Below the pieces are notes generated by a model that was not told the origin of the DNA, did no database searches, and was given only the letters and a program-made list of their open reading frames with translations. A DNA stretch of 32,864 nucleotides from a virus. Taxonomy: Duplodnaviria > Caudoviricetes. Each line of letters starts with the position of its first letter. Positions within the stretch are counted from its first letter, which is position 1. The stretch lies in the IMG/VR virus record IMGVR_UViG_3300035041_000096, positions 1 to 32,864 of that record; one strand, written 5' to 3'. Both the position numbers and the translations under genes were made by a program. Positions 16,543 through 24,471 of this stretch are shown in pieces.

Positions 16543-16941
16543 TTATCCTTCCTCCTGTATCCAGCTCACCCGTATATCACAGGAAAACCGGTAGCACTCA
16601 TCACCATCCAACGCTCTCGGTCCTGATACCTCTACCTCTTCAATCACCAATCCACCGGATCTCACCTGGTGGATTAACAAAGACCGTATGGCATCTTCTA
16701 TGTCCTCTCGTCCCTGGTAGCGATCAGGGGAGTACACATCGATTTGATACCTTGTGGCCCCAGCATCGCGAAGCACCTGGGTTCTGGGATTTCTCACCCC
16801 AGAGACCAATCCAATGAGCATATAGGGAAGCTTTGTTCCAGCTGGCACCTCATAGATAAAGACCCGATTGCCATATCGTGTGCCCAAAACTCCTGATCGA
16901 AGGTATTCGAGCACCCACTGATCAACTGTGCTTCTTGGCAT
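16543..16941 (-). CDS. Tail terminator/completion protein (DUF3168/gp17-like)
   Basis: Motifs RVF..VP....LPY and YQIDVYS, in the expected gene order. Confidence 0.75.
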   Translation of the reverse strand: MPRSTVDQWVLEYLRSGVLGTRYGNRVFIYEVPAGTKLPYMLIGLVSGVRNPRTQVLRDAGATRYQIDVYSPDRYQGREDIEDAIRSLLIHQVRSGGLVIEEVEVSGPRALDGDECYRFSCDIRVSWIQEEG

Positions 16942-17368
16942 GCTGAATAAACCCTTGTAGAGCCTTCGAGAACAGGTGTTTTACCCGCTTCTGGTTCTCA
17001 TCAAAGGCGCTGCGAAAATGGGGATAGGCTTTCACCTTTCCTCCCCCTGGTACCTTGTGCCCATACTCTAAGTGGGGAGCGTAATGGACCGCCGTTCCCA
17101 CATGCACTTCATGTTCAGCTGCCGGGGCTGACTGTTCATCCTCAGGGTTTACCTGGCCCTTACTGTCAGGAGTAATCTCACTTCCTCCATGCTTAACTTT
17201 CCAGGTGATAGAGCCCTTGTGACGACCGGTATCAACATTCTCATTCGCCCGTGCTATCACTTCCCCTTCAAGCAAAATCCCCACCGTGGTAAGGCTTCTA
17301 TCAATCGCCTGCTTCAAGAGTGTTGGATCAAGTTCTCTAAAACCTCCTCCAGTCGCTTTCACACTCAT
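16922..17368 (-). CDS. HK97 gp10-like neck/tail-completion protein
   Basis: VDTGRHKGSI, VGTAVHYAPHLEYGH and PHFRSAF motifs. Confidence 0.85.
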   Translation of the reverse strand: MSVKATGGGFRELDPTLLKQAIDRSLTTVGILLEGEVIARANENVDTGRHKGSITWKVKHGGSEITPDSKGQVNPEDEQSAPAAEHEVHVGTAVHYAPHLEYGHKVPGGGKVKAYPHFRSAFDENQKRVKHLFSKALQGFIQHAKKHS

Positions 17369-17682
17369 GCTTTGAGCTCCAGATCCACTTCCAGATGATG
17401 TCCCATCCCTGCAGCATCAAAAGCTGAGAGTACTTTGTATCTGTGCCCCTCAGCCTCAATGGCGTCTAACGCCCTCACATCCACATCCACCGGACACAAG
17501 AGATGGTGGGTGGTCACCGCCACCTCTTTTCCATCTTTAAAGACCGGTCTTCCGCTTCCAGGCTGAATCCAGCCCTTGGAGAGACTCACCGCATTTGATT
17601 GGCCCTCACTCCCCCACGAACCATCAGCTGGACTCTCTCGAAGCACCGTGAAGGGGGTAGTAAAATAGTACTCCAGGCTCAT
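17365..17682 (-). CDS. Head closure/head-tail adaptor protein
   Basis: 105 aa, beta-rich (DVRALDAIEAEGHRYKVL...HHLEVDL), in the expected gene order. Confidence 0.7.
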   Translation of the reverse strand: MSLEYYFTTPFTVLRESPADGSWGSEGQSNAVSLSKGWIQPGSGRPVFKDGKEVAVTTHHLLCPVDVDVRALDAIEAEGHRYKVLSAFDAAGMGHHLEVDLELKA

Positions 17683-18035
17683 ACTCTCCCCCTCACATAT
17701 GTTTCTATCCGGCCGATGATCGCCTTCGGATAGCCTGATGCACCATCAATCTCCTGCAGGCTGTAGGAATACTTCCCGATCGTCTCACTTTTCTTCCCAC
17801 CAGTAAGGGCTTTTCTGCTTTCAGGAGACAGGAGCCAGTCAAGCATCAGCTTTGCCGTGAGTACCGCTCCCGATGGATAGATTATGTTCCCCTCATCGTC
17901 TTCTTCAAATGGTGCTCCCCGAATGGTCAAGAAATCCTCCTCAATTATCGGCACTAACAGATCAATCATCGAGTCCAGGGAGGTGTCAGTCGTATTCGAG
18001 AGTTGCTTGTATTCCTCCCTGGTGATGATCGCCAT
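17679..18035 (-). CDS. Head-tail connector protein (SPP1 gp15/HK97 gp6-like)
   Basis: IITREEYK..., D..IDLL and KKSETIGKYSYS motifs; first conserved gene after the capsid. Confidence 0.8.
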   Translation of the reverse strand: MAIITREEYKQLSNTTDTSLDSMIDLLVPIIEEDFLTIRGAPFEEDDEGNIIYPSGAVLTAKLMLDWLLSPESRKALTGGKKSETIGKYSYSLQEIDGASGYPKAIIGRIETYVRGRV

Positions 18036-18041
18036 ATTCGT

Positions 18042-18197
18042 TTAGTCCTCTTTTTGGTCCCCGGATTTTCCGCTCTTCTTCACAGGCTTCAGCCATCCGA
18101 CCGGCTCTCCTGGGATCTCCACAATCCCGTCGACAACTGAATAGCGCTTCCCTTTCTCGTAGATCGTATGCACGTCCTTTGGTACCTGATATTTCAT
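18042..18197 (-). CDS. Small hypothetical phage protein (51 aa)
   Basis: MKYQVPKDVHTIYEKGKRY... preceded by strong SD GGAGGAG; the typical small gene after a major capsid gene. Confidence 0.6.
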   Translation of the reverse strand: MKYQVPKDVHTIYEKGKRYSVVDGIVEIPGEPVGWLKPVKKSGKSGDQKED

Positions 18198-18210
18198 GTA
18201 CTTCTCCTCC

Positions 18211-19311
18211 CTATGCGACGGTAAATCTGCCCATGAACGCTGAGTTATGGACCTTCGAGGTGTATTCTCCGATGATTCTCGCCTTCTTGTTATCATCATC
18301 GTCCTGTGCCCGCTTCACAAAGAACTGACGTCCTGAGAGCGGATGCACACTGATCATCGATGGGTCGATGAGGAAGTGACTTCCGGCCGGGCACTGCGGA
18401 TCAATCATGATCGGTACTTCCTGTCCCTTGGTGGTATACAGCAGTGTGGGGATCGGCCTACCTGCAAAGGTCACTTTCGCATCAACCTGGATGTAGGCAG
18501 CATCAAGCTGACGGTACACATCCACATCATGGGGGTTAATCCATATCTGCGGGTTGATAAGCCCTGCCTCATACAAGTCATACAGAAATGCTGAGATGTT
18601 CGCATGGGTGAAACTGGAGGTTGTTTTCTGGCCGAATTGGTCGAGAAACCAGCCAAGCCCACCCATGATTCCCTCTGCATTGTTATCATCGGGAACGACC
18701 CTGGGGTTTCTCCACAAAGCCCGTCCCATGAGCAGGTACAGCCGCTCGAGTTTCTTCTTCACCGAGTTCTCCAACGTGAGATTCAGTCCCCCAGATCCAT
18801 ACTGGTCCACCGCTTCCTGGGTCCCGGTGATAATCACCGAGTCATCAAAGATCTGGGTTCGATTAAACCGCTCTACCGGAGTGTTGATATCTGAGTCCTG
18901 GCGGCTAGAACCCTGGGCTCGGGCATTCCCGATAAATATCACCTCATCCCCGGTTGTATGTCCGGTATCCCCTGCAAGCACAGCAACGGTGACTACCTTG
19001 GTGGCAGGATCTACTGCAGTTGCCTTGAACACGGTCGGACCTACTGAGAATGTTGATCCAACTCTCACACCCTCAACACTTGCCAGTGTGAGGCTTCCCG
19101 AAGCTGCGAGGTAGTCCGCTGTAAGGCTCGTGCCAATGGCAAGCCGTCTGTCATCGAACCACTTGGGGTCAACTGCCTTCACTGAATCCCCGAGTGATAC
19201 GGTATTCAAGAGCTTTGCAGCCGGAAGTGATATATCATAAAACAGATTTGAGACGTCCACCGCATTCTGCGGCACGTCAAAGGTAACAACACCTTCTGAT
19301 GGTATTAACAT
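18211..19311 (-). CDS. Major capsid protein (DUF5309/SU10-like HK97 fold)
   Basis: 366 aa after the scaffold, with W.DD, NRTQIFDDSVIITGTQEAV, MGGL and IIGEYT motifs. Confidence 0.85.
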   Translation of the reverse strand: MLIPSEGVVTFDVPQNAVDVSNLFYDISLPAAKLLNTVSLGDSVKAVDPKWFDDRRLAIGTSLTADYLAASGSLTLASVEGVRVGSTFSVGPTVFKATAVDPATKVVTVAVLAGDTGHTTGDEVIFIGNARAQGSSRQDSDINTPVERFNRTQIFDDSVIITGTQEAVDQYGSGGLNLTLENSVKKKLERLYLLMGRALWRNPRVVPDDNNAEGIMGGLGWFLDQFGQKTTSSFTHANISAFLYDLYEAGLINPQIWINPHDVDVYRQLDAAYIQVDAKVTFAGRPIPTLLYTTKGQEVPIMIDPQCPAGSHFLIDPSMISVHPLSGRQFFVKRAQDDDDNKKARIIGEYTSKVHNSAFMGRFTVA

Positions 19312-19330
19312 CTAATTGCTCTCCTACTTC

Positions 19331-19912
19331 TTAACCTGTAAACAGGTCACTTAACCTCTTATTCGTCCCAGCAGCTGGATCTTCTCCACGCTTTGGAACA
19401 CTGCCTTTCATGCCTTCTTTCTTAGCCTTTTCATACCCTTCACTAAATCGTGCCTCTAAAAGCGATTTCAAAAGTTTTCCATTCTCCCGGATCTCTTCCT
19501 GTGAGCTACCTGCAACCAGTGGTGCCTCACTCTCGCTCAAACCCGCACGCTCAGCGGCAATGACTCTGCAATCAGATAAGAACTGATCCCGCTCCTGCTG
19601 GAGCTGCTCTTCCCGTTCCTGCTCTTCTGCAGCCTTACGCTCTGCATCAGACATCTGAGCCTTTTTCATCTCATCAATCTGCTTGGTGAGCTTGGTCACC
19701 GCTTTGTCCTTACTCGAGGACTGTTTTTTCAGCTCTTCAAGTTGACTCTGCAGCTCTTCGACCGATTGAGTATCTTCAGCTGAACCCTGGAGCTTAGTAT
19801 CATCCTCAGTGTCCCCTGTATCCTCACTCGCATCATCTGAACTTGCATTGCCTCCGAGTCCATCATCGGGTGATAAAAGCAGCATGGGTATGAAACTAAA
19901 AAATCTGAACAT
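19331..19912 (-). CDS. Capsid scaffolding protein (DUF4355-like)
   Basis: Acidic N-terminus, coiled coil (MSDAERKAAEEQEREEQL) and C-terminal G.VPK. Start MFRFFSF at 19912 with SD AAGGAG. Confidence 0.8.
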   Translation of the reverse strand: MFRFFSFIPMLLLSPDDGLGGNASSDDASEDTGDTEDDTKLQGSAEDTQSVEELQSQLEELKKQSSSKDKAVTKLTKQIDEMKKAQMSDAERKAAEEQEREEQLQQERDQFLSDCRVIAAERAGLSESEAPLVAGSSQEEIRENGKLLKSLLEARFSEGYEKAKKEGMKGSVPKRGEDPAAGTNKRLSDLFTG

Positions 19913-20131
19913 GTATTCTTCTCTCCTTAGAATAAGTCCGTCCTCAAAAGTACGGCCTTTGGTTCTAATGAGAGTGTCGGGGGGATGTGTGGAAGGTTTC
20001 AAAACATAACCTACAAATTAAAATAAGTCAGAAGTCGCTTTTATTTCATCATTCATATGACATTTGATAGTACTGCTAGAGCATTTTTATATGTTTGATG
20101 GTGCGAATGGTGAGTGAGATATAATTATTTC

Positions 20132-20160
20132 TTGTACATTTCAATTACACATAATAAAAT
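20132..20160 (+). promoter_or_regulatory. Sigma70-type promoter of the moron cassette
   Basis: TTGTAC (20132-20137), 17 bp spacer, TAAAAT (20155-20160) in an AT-rich intergenic region. Confidence 0.5.
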
Positions 20161-20213
20161 GGAGACTGGCGATTATAAATTATTATATAAAAAATTTTTT
20201 GAGGCCAATTACT

Positions 20214-21263
20214 ATGAAAAAGTTTATTCTATTATTTATCGTTCTGATTATTTCGAATGTCTGCTTATGGTCAGCTAAGTCACAGTACCTTTCCCTTGGA
20301 ATGGGACTTACTGCACCACAAGGTGTTGAAGGCCAGCTTTCTTTTGATGCTGGTTATGCAATGAAAAACGATAATATTCTTACGGAAATACAGTTTACTT
20401 TAAGTAACTGGGGGATAGGCCCTTCTCTGGAGATAGGATATGCCTTCCCATTAGGTTACTCAAGCTTCCTAAGTCTTGGTGGAATTTATGAAATACGATA
20501 TTTGGGATATCCTTACGGTAGCTCTACACCTATAATACTACATGATTTTGGGCCCAGCGTATCATACTATAATACAATCTCAGAAAAATTTGGCTTTAAT
20601 GTTTCGACCTCTTACGTGTTCAATTTCGGGGGCCTTCCTACTGACGATGTATTTGGTTTGTTTCTATTATCAGCAGGTGTGAATTTAAAAGTAGGGGGAA
20701 ATACTGAATCGCCTGATAGAAGTAACAACACAAATTATAACCATTCACAATCGAAAGCAGTGACTACAAATGATACGCCTACTGCTGAAGCATTTTCAAA
20801 CTCAATAACATTTGTTCCGAAACAGGGCTTATTTTCTAATCCATATTATGTATTCAATGGGGTTAAATATCCATTTAGATTCGGATATGTAGATCTTGTT
20901 GATGCAATTGAAGAAAGCCAATCTGCAAATCTAGATAAAAGCCTTAAAGAAGATATTGCAAAATACAGAAAAGAGGTATCATCGAAAAAGACTTGGTATT
21001 GGCTTGGGTTTGGAACAGAAATTGTAGGTGGAATTTGGGCGATATTTGAAGAAATGAAAGTTCTGAATGGTGATTATAATTATGATTCCTACGGAAACTA
21101 TTTAGGTAATTATAGTAATGATACGAGCTTCTTAATGAAGAAAATGGCTCCGGGTTTATTGACAATGACAGCCGGAGCCGTTGTTGGTATTGTCAATGCC
21201 ATAGGTTTACAGGAAAAACCAATTGAAATAGTAGGTACGTATAATTCTAATTTCGGAGATTAG
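20214..21263 (+). CDS. Secreted/outer-membrane protein: beta-barrel-like N-domain, linker and C-terminal two-helix membrane domain (moron)
   Basis: Signal peptide MKKFILLFIVLIISNVCLWS, alternating amphipathic strands ending in aromatics (LSFDAGY, SLEIGYAF, FNVSTSYVF), and two hydrophobic helices near the C-terminus. AT-rich and antisense to the phage genes. Confidence 0.7.
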   Translation: MKKFILLFIVLIISNVCLWSAKSQYLSLGMGLTAPQGVEGQLSFDAGYAMKNDNILTEIQFTLSNWGIGPSLEIGYAFPLGYSSFLSLGGIYEIRYLGYPYGSSTPIILHDFGPSVSYYNTISEKFGFNVSTSYVFNFGGLPTDDVFGLFLLSAGVNLKVGGNTESPDRSNNTNYNHSQSKAVTTNDTPTAEAFSNSITFVPKQGLFSNPYYVFNGVKYPFRFGYVDLVDAIEESQSANLDKSLKEDIAKYRKEVSSKKTWYWLGFGTEIVGGIWAIFEEMKVLNGDYNYDSYGNYLGNYSNDTSFLMKKMAPGLLTMTAGAVVGIVNAIGLQEKPIEIVGTYNSNFGD

Positions 21264-21280
21264 AGAAAGGAGGTACCCAG

Positions 21281-21769
21281 TTGAGAGCAAAATCACTTAG
21301 TATTTTTTCAGTTTTATTATTGGGACTCGTTTTAGCAAGTTGTGATTTGTTTTCTGAAAGCGAGAATCCGTTTATCTATCAAAATGTTGATAAAACAGTA
21401 ACCATAGTCTCGGCAAATCCAGTACCATCAGATATTTCTGAAGATGGGTTTACTTTCAATGTCTCAATTAATCTCCCTAATGATAAGGAAGGGTATTATG
21501 TGTGGGTTAAACCCTCTGACTACATATCACCTGAAGCGAATTGGAATGAATATTTAACTTGTTGGTATAACCCCAGTGAAATGCTTTCCCCTACGAGCGA
21601 TGATATAGTTCGCGGGGGTTGGTTACTTAAATATTCGAATAACAATTATTCTAAACTTACAAAAGGTACAGTTTTTTCTTGGAATGTTAAAGTTGCATAC
21701 AAAAAAGCTGATGATTCATGGGAAACTGTGTTTGAGCATGACTTTAATTATACAGTAAAGGTAGAGTAA
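21281..21769 (+). CDS. Lipoprotein (moron)
   Basis: Signal peptide with lipobox LVLAS-C(DLF); TTG start with a perfect SD AAAGGAGGT. Confidence 0.8.
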   Translation: MRAKSLSIFSVLLLGLVLASCDLFSESENPFIYQNVDKTVTIVSANPVPSDISEDGFTFNVSINLPNDKEGYYVWVKPSDYISPEANWNEYLTCWYNPSEMLSPTSDDIVRGGWLLKYSNNNYSKLTKGTVFSWNVKVAYKKADDSWETVFEHDFNYTVKVE

Positions 21770-21781
21770 TTTATTTCATCT

Positions 21782-22054
21782 CTACTTTTTTTCATCTATT
21801 ATCTCTCTATCCCAGGTATACCAGTACTTTCCTCGATTATCCTCATATAAGTTCGGATCATATCGCAGCCCCTTATCCCCCTCAATAGGCTCATCATGCC
21901 GCTTTTGTCCTTCCACAATTTGGGAATCTATGCCCTCTGGAAACGCTTTACACGTCCAGCCCTTGCAATCAAGACCTCCCATCTCAGTGAGGTTCTTACA
22001 GTACTGACATGGGGATACCCACATAATCGCATACCTCCCCGTATCATAGTGCAT
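21782..22054 (-). CDS. Small Cys/His-rich protein downstream of the MuF toxin (candidate immunity/partner)
   Basis: CxxC...C.AFPEGI..I..G...H..P..GD.G motif. The start is uncertain (22081, 22054 or 22024, the last having SD GGAGGT). Confidence 0.7.
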   Translation of the reverse strand: MHYDTGRYAIMWVSPCQYCKNLTEMGGLDCKGWTCKAFPEGIDSQIVEGQKRHDEPIEGDKGLRYDPNLYEDNRGKYWYTWDREIIDEKK

Positions 22055-22056
22055 AT

Positions 22057-24462
22057 CTACCTTCCTCTGCTTTCTTTCCATATCCTCATGATCTCCTCAT
22101 ATTCCATGTTCTTTGGCGGCTCCTGCTTATCCGGGATATCATCAGTCTCCTCCAGCAAGATTGTTCTCTTCCTTCCATCAGGGCTCTCAGCATACCCTGT
22201 TACCCTGAATTTTGCATCCATACCGAAGAGGTACTCATCTTCTGATGCAAAGTTGCTCCTTCCATTAATGTAGCCTGCCCGGTTTTTCCCCTTGGTCTTG
22301 ATGACCGCCAGGTATCCACCATCGGTCCCAAAGTTTCGCCCGGGAGTAATGGAGGTTGATGAGTAGGCTTTCCACTCAACGTAGGCCCAATCACCGCTTT
22401 TCCACTTCTTCCACTGCTTTTCAATCTCAGGGATATTGGCAACTCCTCGTCCAACAACCCCATCATAGTAGGGTAGTTTATCAAGTGCCTGGTCGAGCTC
22501 CTGGTAGGCTATTCCCTCCAAGGCATCACGGTTAATCCCACGATACCCAGAACCGGTGTAATTTGCTATGGCTTGACGCTCTGAAAAGGTGAAAGAATTC
22601 CAGGACTCGTGGGTAAGCTTGGTTACCTCCTGAGAAGTACGTCCGATCAGAGGTCCCTGTGGGTTCACAGGTTTATGCTTAGGAGCAGGTTTTGCCTTGA
22701 AATCTTTTTCCCACCCATAGAGGTAATCCAGGCGCTCGGTGAGGATCTTGTAATAGTTTTTTTGCTCCATGGACGACAGGCCGCTGGTCTTCAGGATCTC
22801 GGTGATATCACCCTTCTTGATGCGGATCTTCAGTATCCTGATCTGCTTAGCGATATCAGCGTCTGTTACGTGCTTAAAGAGTCCGGCGGAGGCATGATTC
22901 ATGGAAGGATCCCGCAAAGTCTTGAGCTCGGTTACCTTTGCCCCAAACGCTGAACCCTTCTTCGCCCCTTGAGCCCGGTAGAAAAGCGTGCCGCCCTGAT
23001 CAATGCGGGTAATCGTTGAGACTTTACCGCCTGATATCATCAGGTTATCAATGCTTGATCCTGCAACATCCCAGTTGGCAAGCCACGCATCGGTGACAAA
23101 CCCAGATTTCACCCTGCTTGCATTTGAGGCCATCTCCAGGCCTCCAGACCCAACCTGTTTGAAATCACTTCCCAGGTGTTTGGTAGCGACCGCTAGATCA
23201 TCCCCGATGTAGGCAAGACGAGAGGAGGCAACCTGGACACCCACTTTGTCATAGATCTGGTTTGCAACAAACTCATTGCGTACCCGCTCACTCGAGCCGT
23301 GATATGTCTTTACAATCCACTCACTGCCCTCATCATCGACAAAAAGCTGTGCCCCCGTGGATCCTCCAAGATGAGAGCCCTTCTTCTGGGTTAATCTCGC
23401 CCCGAAGGCCTTCGCTCCGGCTTCCCCTGCGGGTAGAGACGAGACTGGTGGCGGCAGGTTGAGACTCTTGGCCGAGCCTTTGGTCTTTACCACTCCTCTC
23501 CAGCTCTCATAATCAGTCCATGGCTGTTGGCCCTCGCCCTTTATCCCACGCACCTTGGGTGGATAGCCTTTGATCTGGCCACGGATGCGACAGCGACAGT
23601 GGATATCAAAACTTGCTACCCCTGACTGCAAGGGAGCTGCTACCCACCCGATTGACGGGACTTTCCAACCCTTTTCCTTCTTTTCCTTCCCATCGAGTGC
23701 TCCATGCTCGGGCCGTGTCCTCGCATCCAAGGCAGCATCCCAGATCTCTTTGAGCTCCACCCCCTGCTCACTAGCCTTCTCATATGCTTTCCTTTGGCCT
23801 TCAACTGCCGCTCGTTGCCCTTCGGTCCTGGCTATACGCAGGGCTTTATAGAGCTGTCCTTTGTTCGATGGAACATACTTCCCGCTATGAAGCTTCGCAA
23901 TCCCCATAGCATCGCGTATGCTCCTGGCCATTTTGGGATAATCATCGCCTTTGACAATCCCGATCGTGATGAGCTTACGGATGGCATAGACTGCCTGATC
24001 TCGGTCACCTTGGAGGTATCTCGACTCAGAGAGCTTTCCAAGCGGAGATAATGCAAGGGCCTCTACATCCTCATCCCGCAGCAGTCCCCACTTAAGCGCA
24101 CACCCACCATTCTGGTCGATGGCGTAGCCGTGCTGATAGAAGGATTCTTCGAAGAGTTTTTTCGTGGTATCGATAAGCAGATTGTCTTTTCGCTTGAGGA
24201 TGGGTTTGAGGTGTGAGGAGACCTGGGCTTCAAGGTTTTTCAGGCGGTTGTACTTACTCATCTCTGAGAAGCTGAGTTTCCCATCCTTCGCATATGAGGC
24301 ATACACTCCAGCAAGATCTGCTTTGATCTGCTCGTAGGCCTGGACATACAGGGAGAGGATCTTCTCCTCACTTGTGAGCTGCTGATTGTAGAGGGAAGCT
24401 TGAATACCGCCATAGAGCTTGTCAAAGAGCGCACCCCCTCCAGTGGCTTTACTTATAGCCAA
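22057..24462 (-). CDS. MuF/SPP1 gp7-like minor head protein with C-terminal HipA/PI3K-like kinase and ADP-ribosyltransferase domains
   Basis: MuF motifs RIARTE, WDAALDARTRPEH..LDG and HCRC. Kinase-like GGSTG, WIVK, NEFVA, DAWLANWD..NL and RIDQG. ART motifs YT..GY..IN, GRG, YSSTS and EDE. Confidence 0.85.
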   Translation of the reverse strand: MAISKATGGGALFDKLYGGIQASLYNQQLTSEEKILSLYVQAYEQIKADLAGVYASYAKDGKLSFSEMSKYNRLKNLEAQVSSHLKPILKRKDNLLIDTTKKLFEESFYQHGYAIDQNGGCALKWGLLRDEDVEALALSPLGKLSESRYLQGDRDQAVYAIRKLITIGIVKGDDYPKMARSIRDAMGIAKLHSGKYVPSNKGQLYKALRIARTEGQRAAVEGQRKAYEKASEQGVELKEIWDAALDARTRPEHGALDGKEKKEKGWKVPSIGWVAAPLQSGVASFDIHCRCRIRGQIKGYPPKVRGIKGEGQQPWTDYESWRGVVKTKGSAKSLNLPPPVSSLPAGEAGAKAFGARLTQKKGSHLGGSTGAQLFVDDEGSEWIVKTYHGSSERVRNEFVANQIYDKVGVQVASSRLAYIGDDLAVATKHLGSDFKQVGSGGLEMASNASRVKSGFVTDAWLANWDVAGSSIDNLMISGGKVSTITRIDQGGTLFYRAQGAKKGSAFGAKVTELKTLRDPSMNHASAGLFKHVTDADIAKQIRILKIRIKKGDITEILKTSGLSSMEQKNYYKILTERLDYLYGWEKDFKAKPAPKHKPVNPQGPLIGRTSQEVTKLTHESWNSFTFSERQAIANYTGSGYRGINRDALEGIAYQELDQALDKLPYYDGVVGRGVANIPEIEKQWKKWKSGDWAYVEWKAYSSTSITPGRNFGTDGGYLAVIKTKGKNRAGYINGRSNFASEDEYLFGMDAKFRVTGYAESPDGRKRTILLEETDDIPDKQEPPKNMEYEEIMRIWKESRGR

Positions 24463-24471
24463 GGAACGCCC

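Noticed and set aside
19913-20002. Longer N-terminus of the scaffold ORF (start 20002)
   Set aside because: ATG 19912 has a good SD, and the extension covers probable promoter sequence.
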